Source: an uncultured archaeon (GTDB lineage Archaea; Asgardarchaeota; Lokiarchaeia; Sigyniarchaeales; SOKP01). Taken from it: a DNA stretch of 15,323 nucleotides. Of the stretch, positions 7,733 to 15,323 are shown one piece after another. The notes beneath the pieces are model-generated. The model saw only the letters and a list, made by a program, of their open reading frames with translations, made no database searches and had not been told where the DNA came from. The position numbers and the translations under genes are program-made. The stretch covers positions 1-15,323 of the forward strand of contig CAZBPC010000082.1 in NCBI GenBank assembly GCA_964493715.1, read 5' to 3'. Numbering within the stretch: the stretch's first letter is position 1; every line of letters begins with the position of its first letter.

Positions 7733-8059
7733 TTATTCTGGAGGTTTGAGCCCTAAAATATCCATTGCTTCAACAATTGAAGACATCGTTTCAACCTCAT
7801 ATTTGTAACCTTCGACTTGTTGTGCTACATAAATTAGGGATTTATGCAATTGGGCATTGTATTCTTTAAGTTTGCCTTCTTTAACTTCAGATGCGCTTAT
7901 TACCTTGTAACCTTCTTTGGTTGCAGAAACAGCATTATTTAGGAGCTGTTTAGAAAGCGATTTATCTCCTGGAAACTTTTTTGAAGTCTCAATAAAAATT
8001 TTCCCTGCTTCAGAGGCTTTAGCATGAGGAAACCATGCCGTAATCATAACTATTACCAT
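7733..8059 (-). CDS. Small hypothetical alpha/beta protein (ferredoxin-like / dimeric alpha-beta barrel pattern, inferred)
   Basis: 108-aa ORF with AGGTGA SD 5 nt before the ATG, an apparent beta-alpha-beta-beta-alpha-beta pattern, and a downstream minus-strand T-tract near 7705-7715. Confidence 0.8.
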   Translation of the reverse strand: MVIVMITAWFPHAKASEAGKIFIETSKKFPGDKSLSKQLLNNAVSATKEGYKVISASEVKEGKLKEYNAQLHKSLIYVAQQVEGYKYEVETMSSIVEAMDILGLKPPE

Positions 8060-8099
8060 TTATTTCACCTTAAATAATTTATATTATATTAAATCCACA

Positions 8100-8122
8100 T
8101 CATTTTTTGACAAAAATGACAA
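8100..8122. promoter_or_regulatory. Inverted repeat TCATTTTT-N4-AAAAATGA, putative transcription-factor site
   Basis: 8-bp arms at 8100-8107 and 8112-8119, with TGACAA repeated at 8108 and 8117. It lies just upstream of a TATA-like TTTAATAT for the minus-strand gene starting at 8059. Confidence 0.4.
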
Positions 8123-8161
8123 TTTCATTAAATTAACCTTCTATAAAAATTCTACTGAAAT

Positions 8162-9040
8162 CTAATCCTTTGCTGGTGAAGCATAACAATAATCACAATT
8201 ATGTTTACATCTAAAAATCCCCATATAACTTCCAATATCTCTTGACTTTGTACAACCACATTCTTTTCTCTGTCCTGTATCTTTAGCTTTTGAAATAGGT
8301 TCTCCAATGATTTTTTCTATTCTTTTTCCATCAATACAATGTGCTTGTTTTATCCCTTTAAAATCGAGTAAATCAGGTTGACAACAAGCCTTCATTAAAA
8401 TACCATTTTTATCGCATATCTGGATTAATTTTTCGAGAATTTCTTTTTTTTTTCTAAAATTAGGATCGATTGGAATATAGTTCCTTGCTCTCATCCTTTT
8501 TTCTACTTTAGAATACATCGTTGCGAAGGAAAAAATCATTTCCTTTAATCCAAGTGAAGAAACCCTTTCAATTATATATTCAAATTTGTCTAGATTATTC
8601 TTAATTTTATCTGAATTTTTTGACTTATAAATTATAATAGGATCATATCTATAGTTTACCGCTAAAGTGCCAAATTCCTCTACAAGCCATTTCAATTGAT
8701 GCAACCTGTCATCCAATGAGATTGTTACATTTTTTTCTAATTCTGATGGTGAATTAATCGTAAATTGAAAACAATGTCCCTTGTAAATATTAAAAATTTC
8801 AGGTTGATTCTGGTATAATTCAATCCAAATCTTAAAATTTTTTGACCACCACATCCAGCATTTGACATCTTCTGGTTTTAATGAGATTCTGGATACTTGA
8901 GAAGGATAAAATGGATTAGCAACATCCACATATCTACTTTTTATTTTTTCTATTACCCAATCCATCAAAAAAGCAGGAATATCAGTGCGACGAGAACATG
9001 AAATTATAGGAGATTTTACAATCGGTAGGGTTTTACTCAT
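8162..9040 (-). CDS. DUF1848 family protein (C-terminal radical-SAM-like Cys cluster)
   Basis: N-terminal IISCSRRTDIPAF, V.NPF, WSKN, QFTI, RYDPII, HCID, and C-terminal KD.GQR.ECGC..SRDIG.Y...CKHNCDYCYA. Confidence 0.92.
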   Translation of the reverse strand: MSKTLPIVKSPIISCSRRTDIPAFLMDWVIEKIKSRYVDVANPFYPSQVSRISLKPEDVKCWMWWSKNFKIWIELYQNQPEIFNIYKGHCFQFTINSPSELEKNVTISLDDRLHQLKWLVEEFGTLAVNYRYDPIIIYKSKNSDKIKNNLDKFEYIIERVSSLGLKEMIFSFATMYSKVEKRMRARNYIPIDPNFRKKKEILEKLIQICDKNGILMKACCQPDLLDFKGIKQAHCIDGKRIEKIIGEPISKAKDTGQRKECGCTKSRDIGSYMGIFRCKHNCDYCYASPAKD

Positions 9041-9134
9041 AATTTTTCATTAAATTCTTTTTTTAAATCCTTAATATTCTTCAATTCTAATAGGTTCTCA
9101 TTTAATTTACTAAATCTTTTCTTTCTTCCCTTAT

Positions 9135-10727
9135 TTATGAGATATAAATCTTCATTGCTTCAACAAAAAGATTTTTCTGATCAGCCAGCGTAAGATTCTG
9201 ATCGATTCTGTTTAAATCTTGCTCGTTTGAAATTAAATTTTTAAATCTATTTAGTTGTAATTCTCGAAAAATAGTTAAATGTGGATTAATAAAAGCTTTT
9301 TCTTGGTCTATTTCTTTTCTAAGGAGTTCTCTGAATTCTGGTTCAAGCCAGATCTTGAAAGGACCGGGACTGTGTTCTGCTTTATGTCTAATGTTGAATT
9401 GATTTTTTAAAGTATGTATAACTTCATAAACAGTTTCGCATATGGCTTGAATTTTATCTCTATTCTCTCTATAAAAATAATTTATTGGGACAGGGAGGCG
9501 AACGTGTAATAATAATCCCATTCCCTGCCTAAAATTAATATGACCGTAACCAAATATAATTTTTTGGAAACCATTTCTTTCAAAAATATTATTAATTGAT
9601 GATAAAATTTCTGGTAAGTTTTTAGGAGGACTTAAAACATCTTCAAATCCTGGAAATGCAATAAAGTCAGATGATTTATCAGAAGATTGAATTAATAGAG
9701 CAAATGTAGATCTTTCTTGTAGAAAATCATCAAATTCATTACCATTTAACCATTTATATGAACAATTTGTTAGATTTTCCATAACTTTAACAAATGATTC
9801 AACTTCCTCAAATGATCCTTGTATAAGAGTTGCCCATTTTATGGTATCACTTAAATTTGCAAATGCTCCTGGTAGTTTAAATGGAGAAATCACAAATTCA
9901 CTAACTAATGGGAAAACTTTTTTATCTAATACTTGTTGTAGCCCATTAAATGCTGAATCTAGATCGTCTCCGAAGATAATTGCTTGTTTAAGATTCGCTT
10001 CTGGTTGATATAATTTAAAAACGGCATTTAGTACAATACCAAAATAACCGTTTCCTCTAACTATCTTAGTAAAATAAGGATCTCCCTTGTTTATATTAAC
10101 TATTTTTCCTGTGGGGGTTAACACTCGAATACTTATTAACCAATTTGAAACTGAACCAAGCTTTCCAGAGGTTACACCACTTGCTTCGGTTGAAATAATC
10201 CCTCCAATCCGTACTGGTAATTTAAAAGAACTTGCAGGTTGTATTGGAAAAATATATTTGCCTTTACTAACATTAGGGATGATTTTAATTAAATCGGAAA
10301 CTAAAACACTTTGCTCCACATTGATTAATCCATTTTCCAAATCTACTTGAAATTTTTCCTTATTTGAATGAAGATCAGCAAGATCAACGATAATTCCAAA
10401 ATTAGCATAAGCTCCTGATAATCCTGTTTTACCCCCTGCAAAAGTTATTGGAATCTCATATTTTCTTGAGACATTTACAATATGACATAACTGATATTCA
10501 GTTATTGGTCGAAATATGATGTAAGGATTTATATGTAGTAAAGATGTATCTCTAATAGCACCTCCTTCGATTACATTATTAACCAACATAATATTTCCAG
10601 AATTAAGTGATTTTTGTTGATTATTTAATTTACGCTTCAAGAAACCGAGCTTTTCCATTTCATCAATAAAGTCAATCCAATGAATTTTCTTACTTAGTTT
10701 TAAAATCAACTCGCCACGATTCATCAT
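9135..10727 (-). CDS. FAD-binding oxidoreductase, VAO/GlcD/D-lactate dehydrogenase-like, divergent
   Basis: P..IFRP, GGKTGLSG, FPIQPAS, IGG.IST.ASG....K.G, V.TPTG.I, G.FGIV, EDV..P, FGYGH, C-terminal AEH. Start set to ATG 10727 because TTG 10766 lies among the promoter-like elements. Confidence 0.82.
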   Translation of the reverse strand: MMNRGELILKLSKKIHWIDFIDEMEKLGFLKRKLNNQQKSLNSGNIMLVNNVIEGGAIRDTSLLHINPYIIFRPITEYQLCHIVNVSRKYEIPITFAGGKTGLSGAYANFGIIVDLADLHSNKEKFQVDLENGLINVEQSVLVSDLIKIIPNVSKGKYIFPIQPASSFKLPVRIGGIISTEASGVTSGKLGSVSNWLISIRVLTPTGKIVNINKGDPYFTKIVRGNGYFGIVLNAVFKLYQPEANLKQAIIFGDDLDSAFNGLQQVLDKKVFPLVSEFVISPFKLPGAFANLSDTIKWATLIQGSFEEVESFVKVMENLTNCSYKWLNGNEFDDFLQERSTFALLIQSSDKSSDFIAFPGFEDVLSPPKNLPEILSSINNIFERNGFQKIIFGYGHINFRQGMGLLLHVRLPVPINYFYRENRDKIQAICETVYEVIHTLKNQFNIRHKAEHSPGPFKIWLEPEFRELLRKEIDQEKAFINPHLTIFRELQLNRFKNLISNEQDLNRIDQNLTLADQKNLFVEAMKIYIS

Positions 10728-10755
10728 ATTTTCTATATAAAAATAAGTATTTACT

Positions 10756-10776
10756 ATTAAAAACAATTTTTAAATA
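10756..10776. promoter_or_regulatory. Compact divergent archaeal promoter region (TATA-like boxes on both strands)
   Basis: Plus-strand TTTTTAAATA at 10767-10776 begins 29 nt before the mtnA ATG, preceded by an A-rich BRE-like run, with no SD, which fits a leaderless transcript. Minus-strand TTTTTAAT at 10763-10756 precedes ATG 10727. Confidence 0.5.
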
Positions 10777-10795
10777 GTGTTACCTTACATATTCT

Positions 10796-11821
10796 ATGAT
10801 TCCAACGATTGAATGGACTGAGGATAATAAAGTCAAGATGATCGATCAAACGATTTTACCTCATGAATTAAAATTTTTAGAATTCACGGATTATAGAGAC
10901 GTAGCCACCTCTATTAAAGTCATGAATATACGTGGTGCTCCCGCTATAGGTGTAGCCGCCGCATTTGGAATGGCTTTAGCCACGATTGAATTTAAATCTT
11001 TATCAAAAGATAAATTTCTCTTATATATGAAAGAAGCAGCGGAGATCATTAAAAATACAAGACCAACCGCTTCAAATTTATTTTGGGCAGTAGATAGAGT
11101 ATGGAAAATAATCACAGAATTCCCTGATAATCCCCAAATATTATCAGATTTAGTGGTAGAAGAAGCAAAAATTATGGCGCAAGAAGATATTACTGTCAAT
11201 AAAAACATAGGAAAAAATGGTGCAACATTATTGAATGATGGAGATGTGGTTTTAACGCATTGTAATGCAGGCTCATTAGCTACTGTTCAATATGGAACTG
11301 CCTTAGCTCCCATAAGAGCAGCTATTGAAGATGGCAAGAAAATAAGCGTAATTGCTGATGAAACTAGACCAAGATTGCAAGGTGCAAGGCTAACTGCGTA
11401 TGAACTGAAATATGATAATATTCCCGTGAAAGTTATCTCTGACACTTCCTCGGGGTTATTAATGCGTCTTGGAAAAATTGATAAAGTAATTGTAGGGACA
11501 GATAGAGTAACATCTGATGCTGTATTTAACAAAATTGGCACTTATTTAGTTGCTTTAGCTGCGAAAGATAATGATATTCCTTTCTATGTTGCAGCTCCTA
11601 CTTCAACACTTTCTCTTCAAGATACTGTGGATGATGTAAAGATTGAACAACGCGATACTACTGAGGTAAGTTATGTGCTTGGTAAAGTTCGAATCGTCCC
11701 CGAAGGAGTAGAATGCTTAAATTATGCTTTTGATATCACTCCCTTTCGCTTGGTCAGTAGAATTATCACTGAAGATGGGGTATTCACCCCAGAAGAAATC
11801 TTATCAAAATATAAAAAATAA
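10796..11821 (+). CDS. mtnA: S-methyl-5-thioribose-1-phosphate isomerase (eIF2B-alpha-like family)
   Basis: IDQT.LP, IRGAPAIGVAAA, TRPTA.NL.WA, THCNAGSLAT..YGTAL, DETRP.LQGARLTAYEL, VG.DR, NKIGTY, FYVAAP, IEQR, N.AFDITP. Confidence 0.95.
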   Translation: MIPTIEWTEDNKVKMIDQTILPHELKFLEFTDYRDVATSIKVMNIRGAPAIGVAAAFGMALATIEFKSLSKDKFLLYMKEAAEIIKNTRPTASNLFWAVDRVWKIITEFPDNPQILSDLVVEEAKIMAQEDITVNKNIGKNGATLLNDGDVVLTHCNAGSLATVQYGTALAPIRAAIEDGKKISVIADETRPRLQGARLTAYELKYDNIPVKVISDTSSGLLMRLGKIDKVIVGTDRVTSDAVFNKIGTYLVALAAKDNDIPFYVAAPTSTLSLQDTVDDVKIEQRDTTEVSYVLGKVRIVPEGVECLNYAFDITPFRLVSRIITEDGVFTPEEILSKYKK

Positions 11822-11874
11822 TTTAAAGAACTGTAACTTTTAATCTTTATTGATTTTTATTAGTTAGAAACGAT

Positions 11875-12141
11875 GTGAGCAGATTAGCAAGTCATAAATC
11901 GACAAAGAAACAAATTTTATTTAAAATTTTTCTTTATGGAATGATTGAGGTTATTTGCTTCAATTTATATATTATTATTTCTGGATCAGAGGGAAATTTT
12001 AACTGGACTGTTGAAAGGTTGACATCAACTCCAGCTGGAATGGTAATTCAAGCTATTTTTTTAATTGCTACTATTATTGGTTTTATTTTTGTTATTCAAC
12101 TCATTGTTTATATTCTTCTAATTTTTACGACTTCAGATTAA
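11875..12141 (+). CDS. Small two-TM hypothetical membrane protein
   Basis: Basic N-terminus and two hydrophobic segments. It fills the gap between mtnA and dus, and its stop overlaps the convergent dus stop (TTAA, 12138-12141). Start uncertain. Confidence 0.6.
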   Translation: MSRLASHKSTKKQILFKIFLYGMIEVICFNLYIIISGSEGNFNWTVERLTSTPAGMVIQAIFLIATIIGFIFVIQLIVYILLIFTTSD

Positions 12142-13142
12142 AAATTATAAACTTGAATAACTTCTTTAAAAAAGCACCTTAATTGTTCCATATTTTTAGC
12201 CCGTGATAAGTTTCTTCTTATACCTGTCGAATCTTTTATATATTTCGTTAACCATATCGAATTCCTATACATTTCTGTAAACTTAAATTTTTCCTTTTGA
12301 TATTCAATGGGATTTTCTATGTCTAAATAATCATCAATACATTCTTCATAAAGTTTAACATAATTCTCCCATTTTATAATATTATTTTCAATTGATATTT
12401 CAGTACCATTTTTAAGAAATTTATCAATTTGGGTGAATATTTCTGGATTCCCAATGCTACCACGTCCAATCATTAATCCATCCACACTCGTGGATTCTAA
12501 AAAATTTTTTGCTGAAACGGTGTCAATAATTTCACCATTTCCAATAACGGGAATGGACAAGTTTTTCTTTATCTTTTTAATTGTATCTAAATCAATTTTA
12601 GTTTTATAAAATCTATCTTTTACTGTTCTGCCGTGAATAGTAATAAATTCTAAACCAAGATTATCAATCATTGATGTAAATTCATTAACATCTACTGGTT
12701 TTTCAAATCCAGTTCTAATTTTTAATGATACTGGACGAGATGAAAATTTTAGGGCAGATTGAATTAGTCGACCTAAAGTTTCCAAATCGTTCATTAAATA
12801 CCCTCCTTCATTTGCGTGTAATGCTCTTTTTGAGGGGCAACCAGCGTTTATATCGAGCAAATCAAATTCATAGCTCTCTAAGAATTCAATAGATTTTTTT
12901 AAGGCATCTATATTTGATCCAATTAATTGGACACCAATGGGTCGTTCTTCATTAATCTGGTACAACTCTAATTCAACAGAGGAAGGATTTTTTTCGAGTC
13001 GTTTAGTGTATAACATTGGTACAATAACTAATCCCACTTTATCAGAAACTTTGCGACAAAATCTACGATATGGAGCAGAACTGACATTTAGCATGGGGGC
13101 AAGAATTAAACGACTGTTTAATGCTATCCTACCTAACTTCAT
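12138..13142 (-). CDS. dus: tRNA-dihydrouridine synthase, DusB/NifR3-like
   Basis: LILAPM, P.GVQL.G, DINAGCP (catalytic Cys), PVSLKIRTG, IHGRT, IPVIGNG, DGLMIGRG..GNP. Start taken as ATG 13142 (MKLGRIAL...), the typical Dus N-terminus, rather than GTG 13157. Confidence 0.93.
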   Translation of the reverse strand: MKLGRIALNSRLILAPMLNVSSAPYRRFCRKVSDKVGLVIVPMLYTKRLEKNPSSVELELYQINEERPIGVQLIGSNIDALKKSIEFLESYEFDLLDINAGCPSKRALHANEGGYLMNDLETLGRLIQSALKFSSRPVSLKIRTGFEKPVDVNEFTSMIDNLGLEFITIHGRTVKDRFYKTKIDLDTIKKIKKNLSIPVIGNGEIIDTVSAKNFLESTSVDGLMIGRGSIGNPEIFTQIDKFLKNGTEISIENNIIKWENYVKLYEECIDDYLDIENPIEYQKEKFKFTEMYRNSIWLTKYIKDSTGIRRNLSRAKNMEQLRCFFKEVIQVYNF

Positions 13143-13276
13143 TTTTGCTTTACTCACATAAGCCTTCTTGTTAATAAACTATAAAGTATAAAGAAGAAAT
13201 TTTAATAAAAACTGCCTTTTAGTTTAATTAAATACAATTATTATTCTAAAATTGTACAACAGAGAAAAAATTTATC

Positions 13277-13768
13277 ATGACAAATTATCTTGAAGAATTT
13301 GAATTAAATCAAGTTAAAGTTTCATATAATGAAGGTAGACCACTGGAACTCAATAATGATTTTAATTTCTTTCATAATAAAAACAAATTTAGAAAGGAAC
13401 TAAATAAGCTTCAATATTTATTTCGAAATTATACAGGAGATTCATTAGTGGCTTCGGGGATAAGAGATTCTTATCTCAAGGAAGAGATTTCAGAAGAATT
13501 TTTAATTATTTTCTTTGCAACTAATGATACGGTAAAAAATGCTAATGAATTTATTGAACCTAAGAAAAATTTAGTACTTGAAGCGGGTCATTATTATTTA
13601 GAATCTACAACAAATTATATTCTCTTATTGAGTAAAGATATGATTGGTTTAGTTGCGGGTATCGATACTTTAAATTCTATATTCACCCAAGTTTTCGAAC
13701 ATTATTTAAAAGCTAATACCCCCGAAGATTACGTGAAAATAAGACCATTTGAAATTTATAGCAATTAG
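13277..13768 (+). CDS. Hypothetical protein resembling stand-alone glycoside hydrolase family 20 domain 2 (non-catalytic)
   Basis: C-terminal half LEAGHYYLESTTNYILLLSKDMIGLVAGIDTLNSIF...IRPFEIY resembles the GH20b pattern E.Y.L.v....i.i.a....GlfyG.qTL.Ql....i....I.D. No catalytic barrel follows. The CDS is solid; the domain call is moderate. Confidence 0.6.
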   Translation: MTNYLEEFELNQVKVSYNEGRPLELNNDFNFFHNKNKFRKELNKLQYLFRNYTGDSLVASGIRDSYLKEEISEEFLIIFFATNDTVKNANEFIEPKKNLVLEAGHYYLESTTNYILLLSKDMIGLVAGIDTLNSIFTQVFEHYLKANTPEDYVKIRPFEIYSN

Positions 13769-13827
13769 AAAATATCTTTTCTTTAGGTTCTGATAAATAT
13801 AATAAGAAAAATTTTAAAAACCAAAAT

Positions 13828-15321
13828 TTAAGACACGTATTTCCATGGTTTCTGCCTTCTTAATCGATACGCTTTTTCGGCGTATTCTTCAACCATGCGA
13901 TGAGTATTAAAATAAGCGGCTAATGAAATTGCTTGTTTATTTCTTAATAACCATTCATCATGATTCATATATGTGGGAATAATTTGATTCTCTAAAATCT
14001 CATAGATCGCATTTGAATCAATGGTCCAACTATTAGAAACTCCCGGATCTTTGGGATTAGAGTCATCTGGACCAATTGCCCATCCTGCCATGGGGTTCTT
14101 GTGATATCCCTCAAGCCACCACCCATCGAGCACGCTTAAATTTAACCCTCCATTCAATGCCGCTTTCATGCCACTGGTTCCACTTGCTTCTCGATAACGT
14201 TCTGGTGTATTCAACCACACGTCAACACCTGACACTAGCATGTGGGCTAAATCCATATTGTAATTTTCCATCATAACTACCTTGACTTTAAAATTTTCAT
14301 ATAGATATTCTGCGGATTCAAAGATTTTTTTTATGTATTCCTTCCCTATTGTATCTTTTGGGTGTGCTTTACCTGCAAAAATAAATTGAATCTTTCCTTG
14401 ACAGATTTTACCTAATCTGTCGATATCTTGAAAGATCAGTGTCGCTCTTTTGTAAGTTGCAAACCGTCTCGCAAAACCAATGGTTATAAGTTCTTCATCT
14501 AAAAGATTCCAAGAATGACCTTTCTGATAATTTATTAAATTGAATTTATTTTCAATACGAGCGTCAAAAAGTTCCAAATCATCTAATTCAATTGCATTTT
14601 GGAGCAAGAGTGGGTTTGATTTCCAATTTGGCCACTTTCGATCGAATATTTTCCTTATTGGTTTCGACACCCAAAAAGGTAGGTGAATTCCGTTCGTTAT
14701 ATAATCAATGTTTATATTAGGGAACATTTTTCGAGAGATTTCCCCATGCTTTTTTGATACAGCATTTTGATAATGAGAAGCATTCATTCCTAAGAAAGTC
14801 ATGTTGAGAGATCCATTATCATCAGCAAGTTTTCTTAATTCAGAGGGAAATCTTTTTTCAAAAACCTTTTCTACTAATTTTTGTTCAAACTTATCATGTC
14901 CTGCCGGAACCGGAGTATGAGTCGTAAATACTACCTTTTCTTTTACTTTTTCCAAGTCTCCTATGTCCTTATAAAGTTCTATTATAGAAAAGGAACCATG
15001 TCCCTCGTTAAGATGAAAAACTTTAATATTTTTATAATCTTGGGATTTTAACAGTTTAACTGCTCCAATACCTAAAATTTGCTCTTGGACTATTCGATTC
15101 CATTTTGAGGTAGAATCATATAAAGAGCCGGTCATTTTTTTCATCCAATCTTCATTTCCTTCAACATCTGTTGTAAGGAGATAAATAGGAATAATATGAC
15201 CTGATTGGCCAATCACTTTATAAAGCCAAGCAGTTACTAACACTTCTTTGTCTTCAATCTTTATAGTGATTGGTTCTGATATTTTTTCAAATTCGTAAAA
15301 GTAATTCCATTCGATTTCTTT
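13828..15321 (-). CDS. glgP: Alpha-glucan (glycogen/maltodextrin) phosphorylase, GT35; 5'-truncated by the window edge
   Basis: Frame is open to the window end (KEIEWNYFYEF...KEVLVTAW). LYD, R..QE.ILGIG, HLNEGH, FTTHTPVPAGHD, ITNGIH, IGFARRFATYKRA, FAGKAHP, DVWLNTP, EASGTSGMKAALNG (PLP lysine), DGWW.EG, FNT.RM..EY. Confidence 0.96.
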   Translation of the reverse strand, partial: KEIEWNYFYEFEKISEPITIKIEDKEVLVTAWLYKVIGQSGHIIPIYLLTTDVEGNEDWMKKMTGSLYDSTSKWNRIVQEQILGIGAVKLLKSQDYKNIKVFHLNEGHGSFSIIELYKDIGDLEKVKEKVVFTTHTPVPAGHDKFEQKLVEKVFEKRFPSELRKLADDNGSLNMTFLGMNASHYQNAVSKKHGEISRKMFPNINIDYITNGIHLPFWVSKPIRKIFDRKWPNWKSNPLLLQNAIELDDLELFDARIENKFNLINYQKGHSWNLLDEELITIGFARRFATYKRATLIFQDIDRLGKICQGKIQFIFAGKAHPKDTIGKEYIKKIFESAEYLYENFKVKVVMMENYNMDLAHMLVSGVDVWLNTPERYREASGTSGMKAALNGGLNLSVLDGWWLEGYHKNPMAGWAIGPDDSNPKDPGVSNSWTIDSNAIYEILENQIIPTYMNHDEWLLRNKQAISLAAYFNTHRMVEEYAEKAYRLRRQKPWKYVS

Positions 15322-15323
15322 TT

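Noticed and set aside
10796-11821. eIF2B subunit or ribose-1,5-bisphosphate isomerase call
   Set aside because: THCNAGSLAT..YGTAL and ETRP.LQGARLTAYEL plus the N-terminal IDQT.LP extension are MtnA-type.
12138-12141. Convergent stop codons sharing TTAA
   Set aside because: Common in compact AT-rich genomes; no target-site-duplication or mobile-element evidence.
1355-14276. Short ORFs opposite the main genes (1355-1549, 1962-2195, 2557-2781, 3331-3612, 3566-3754, 3977-4165, 6235-6429, 7253-7504, 10087-10350, 10891-11208, 11287-11541, 12937-13161, 14076-14276)
   Set aside because: They lie antisense to well-supported genes, mostly show the Ser/Ile/Phe/Pro-rich composition of shadow frames, and have no recognisable motifs.
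1-15323. tRNA/rRNA/structured ncRNA, transposases, selenocysteine or pyrrolysine readthrough
   Set aside because: All spacers are under about 200 nt and AT-rich with no GC-rich stems; no transposase motifs; the TGA/TAG-ending genes appear complete at their stops.

Overview
AT-rich, gene-dense archaeal chromosomal segment. It most likely comes from an Asgard archaeon of the Lokiarchaeia type; this is inferred from a Roadblock/LC7 protein, AGGTGA-type SD motifs, TATA-like boxes, oligo-T terminators and low GC, not from a marker gene. Left to right it holds: the 3' end of a glycyl radical enzyme and its radical-SAM activase; a winged-helix + Roadblock/LC7 fusion gene preceded by helically phased direct repeats; a W/Mo aldehyde:ferredoxin oxidoreductase; a translationally coupled pair of a phytoene-desaturase/retinol-saturase-like flavoprotein and an FNR-[2Fe-2S] reductase; a 7-TM protein; a small alpha/beta protein; a DUF1848 protein; a divergent GlcD/VAO-type FAD oxidoreductase head-to-head with mtnA; a 2-TM protein; a DusB-like tRNA dihydrouridine synthase; a stand-alone GH20-domain-2-like protein; and the 3' part of an alpha-glucan phosphorylase. 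I saw no RNA genes, CRISPR arrays or transposases. The best candidates for undescribed biology are the wHTH-Roadblock fusion with its putative operator array, SD geometry suggesting non-canonical ATA/ATC start codons, and the desaturase-like/reductase two-component module.
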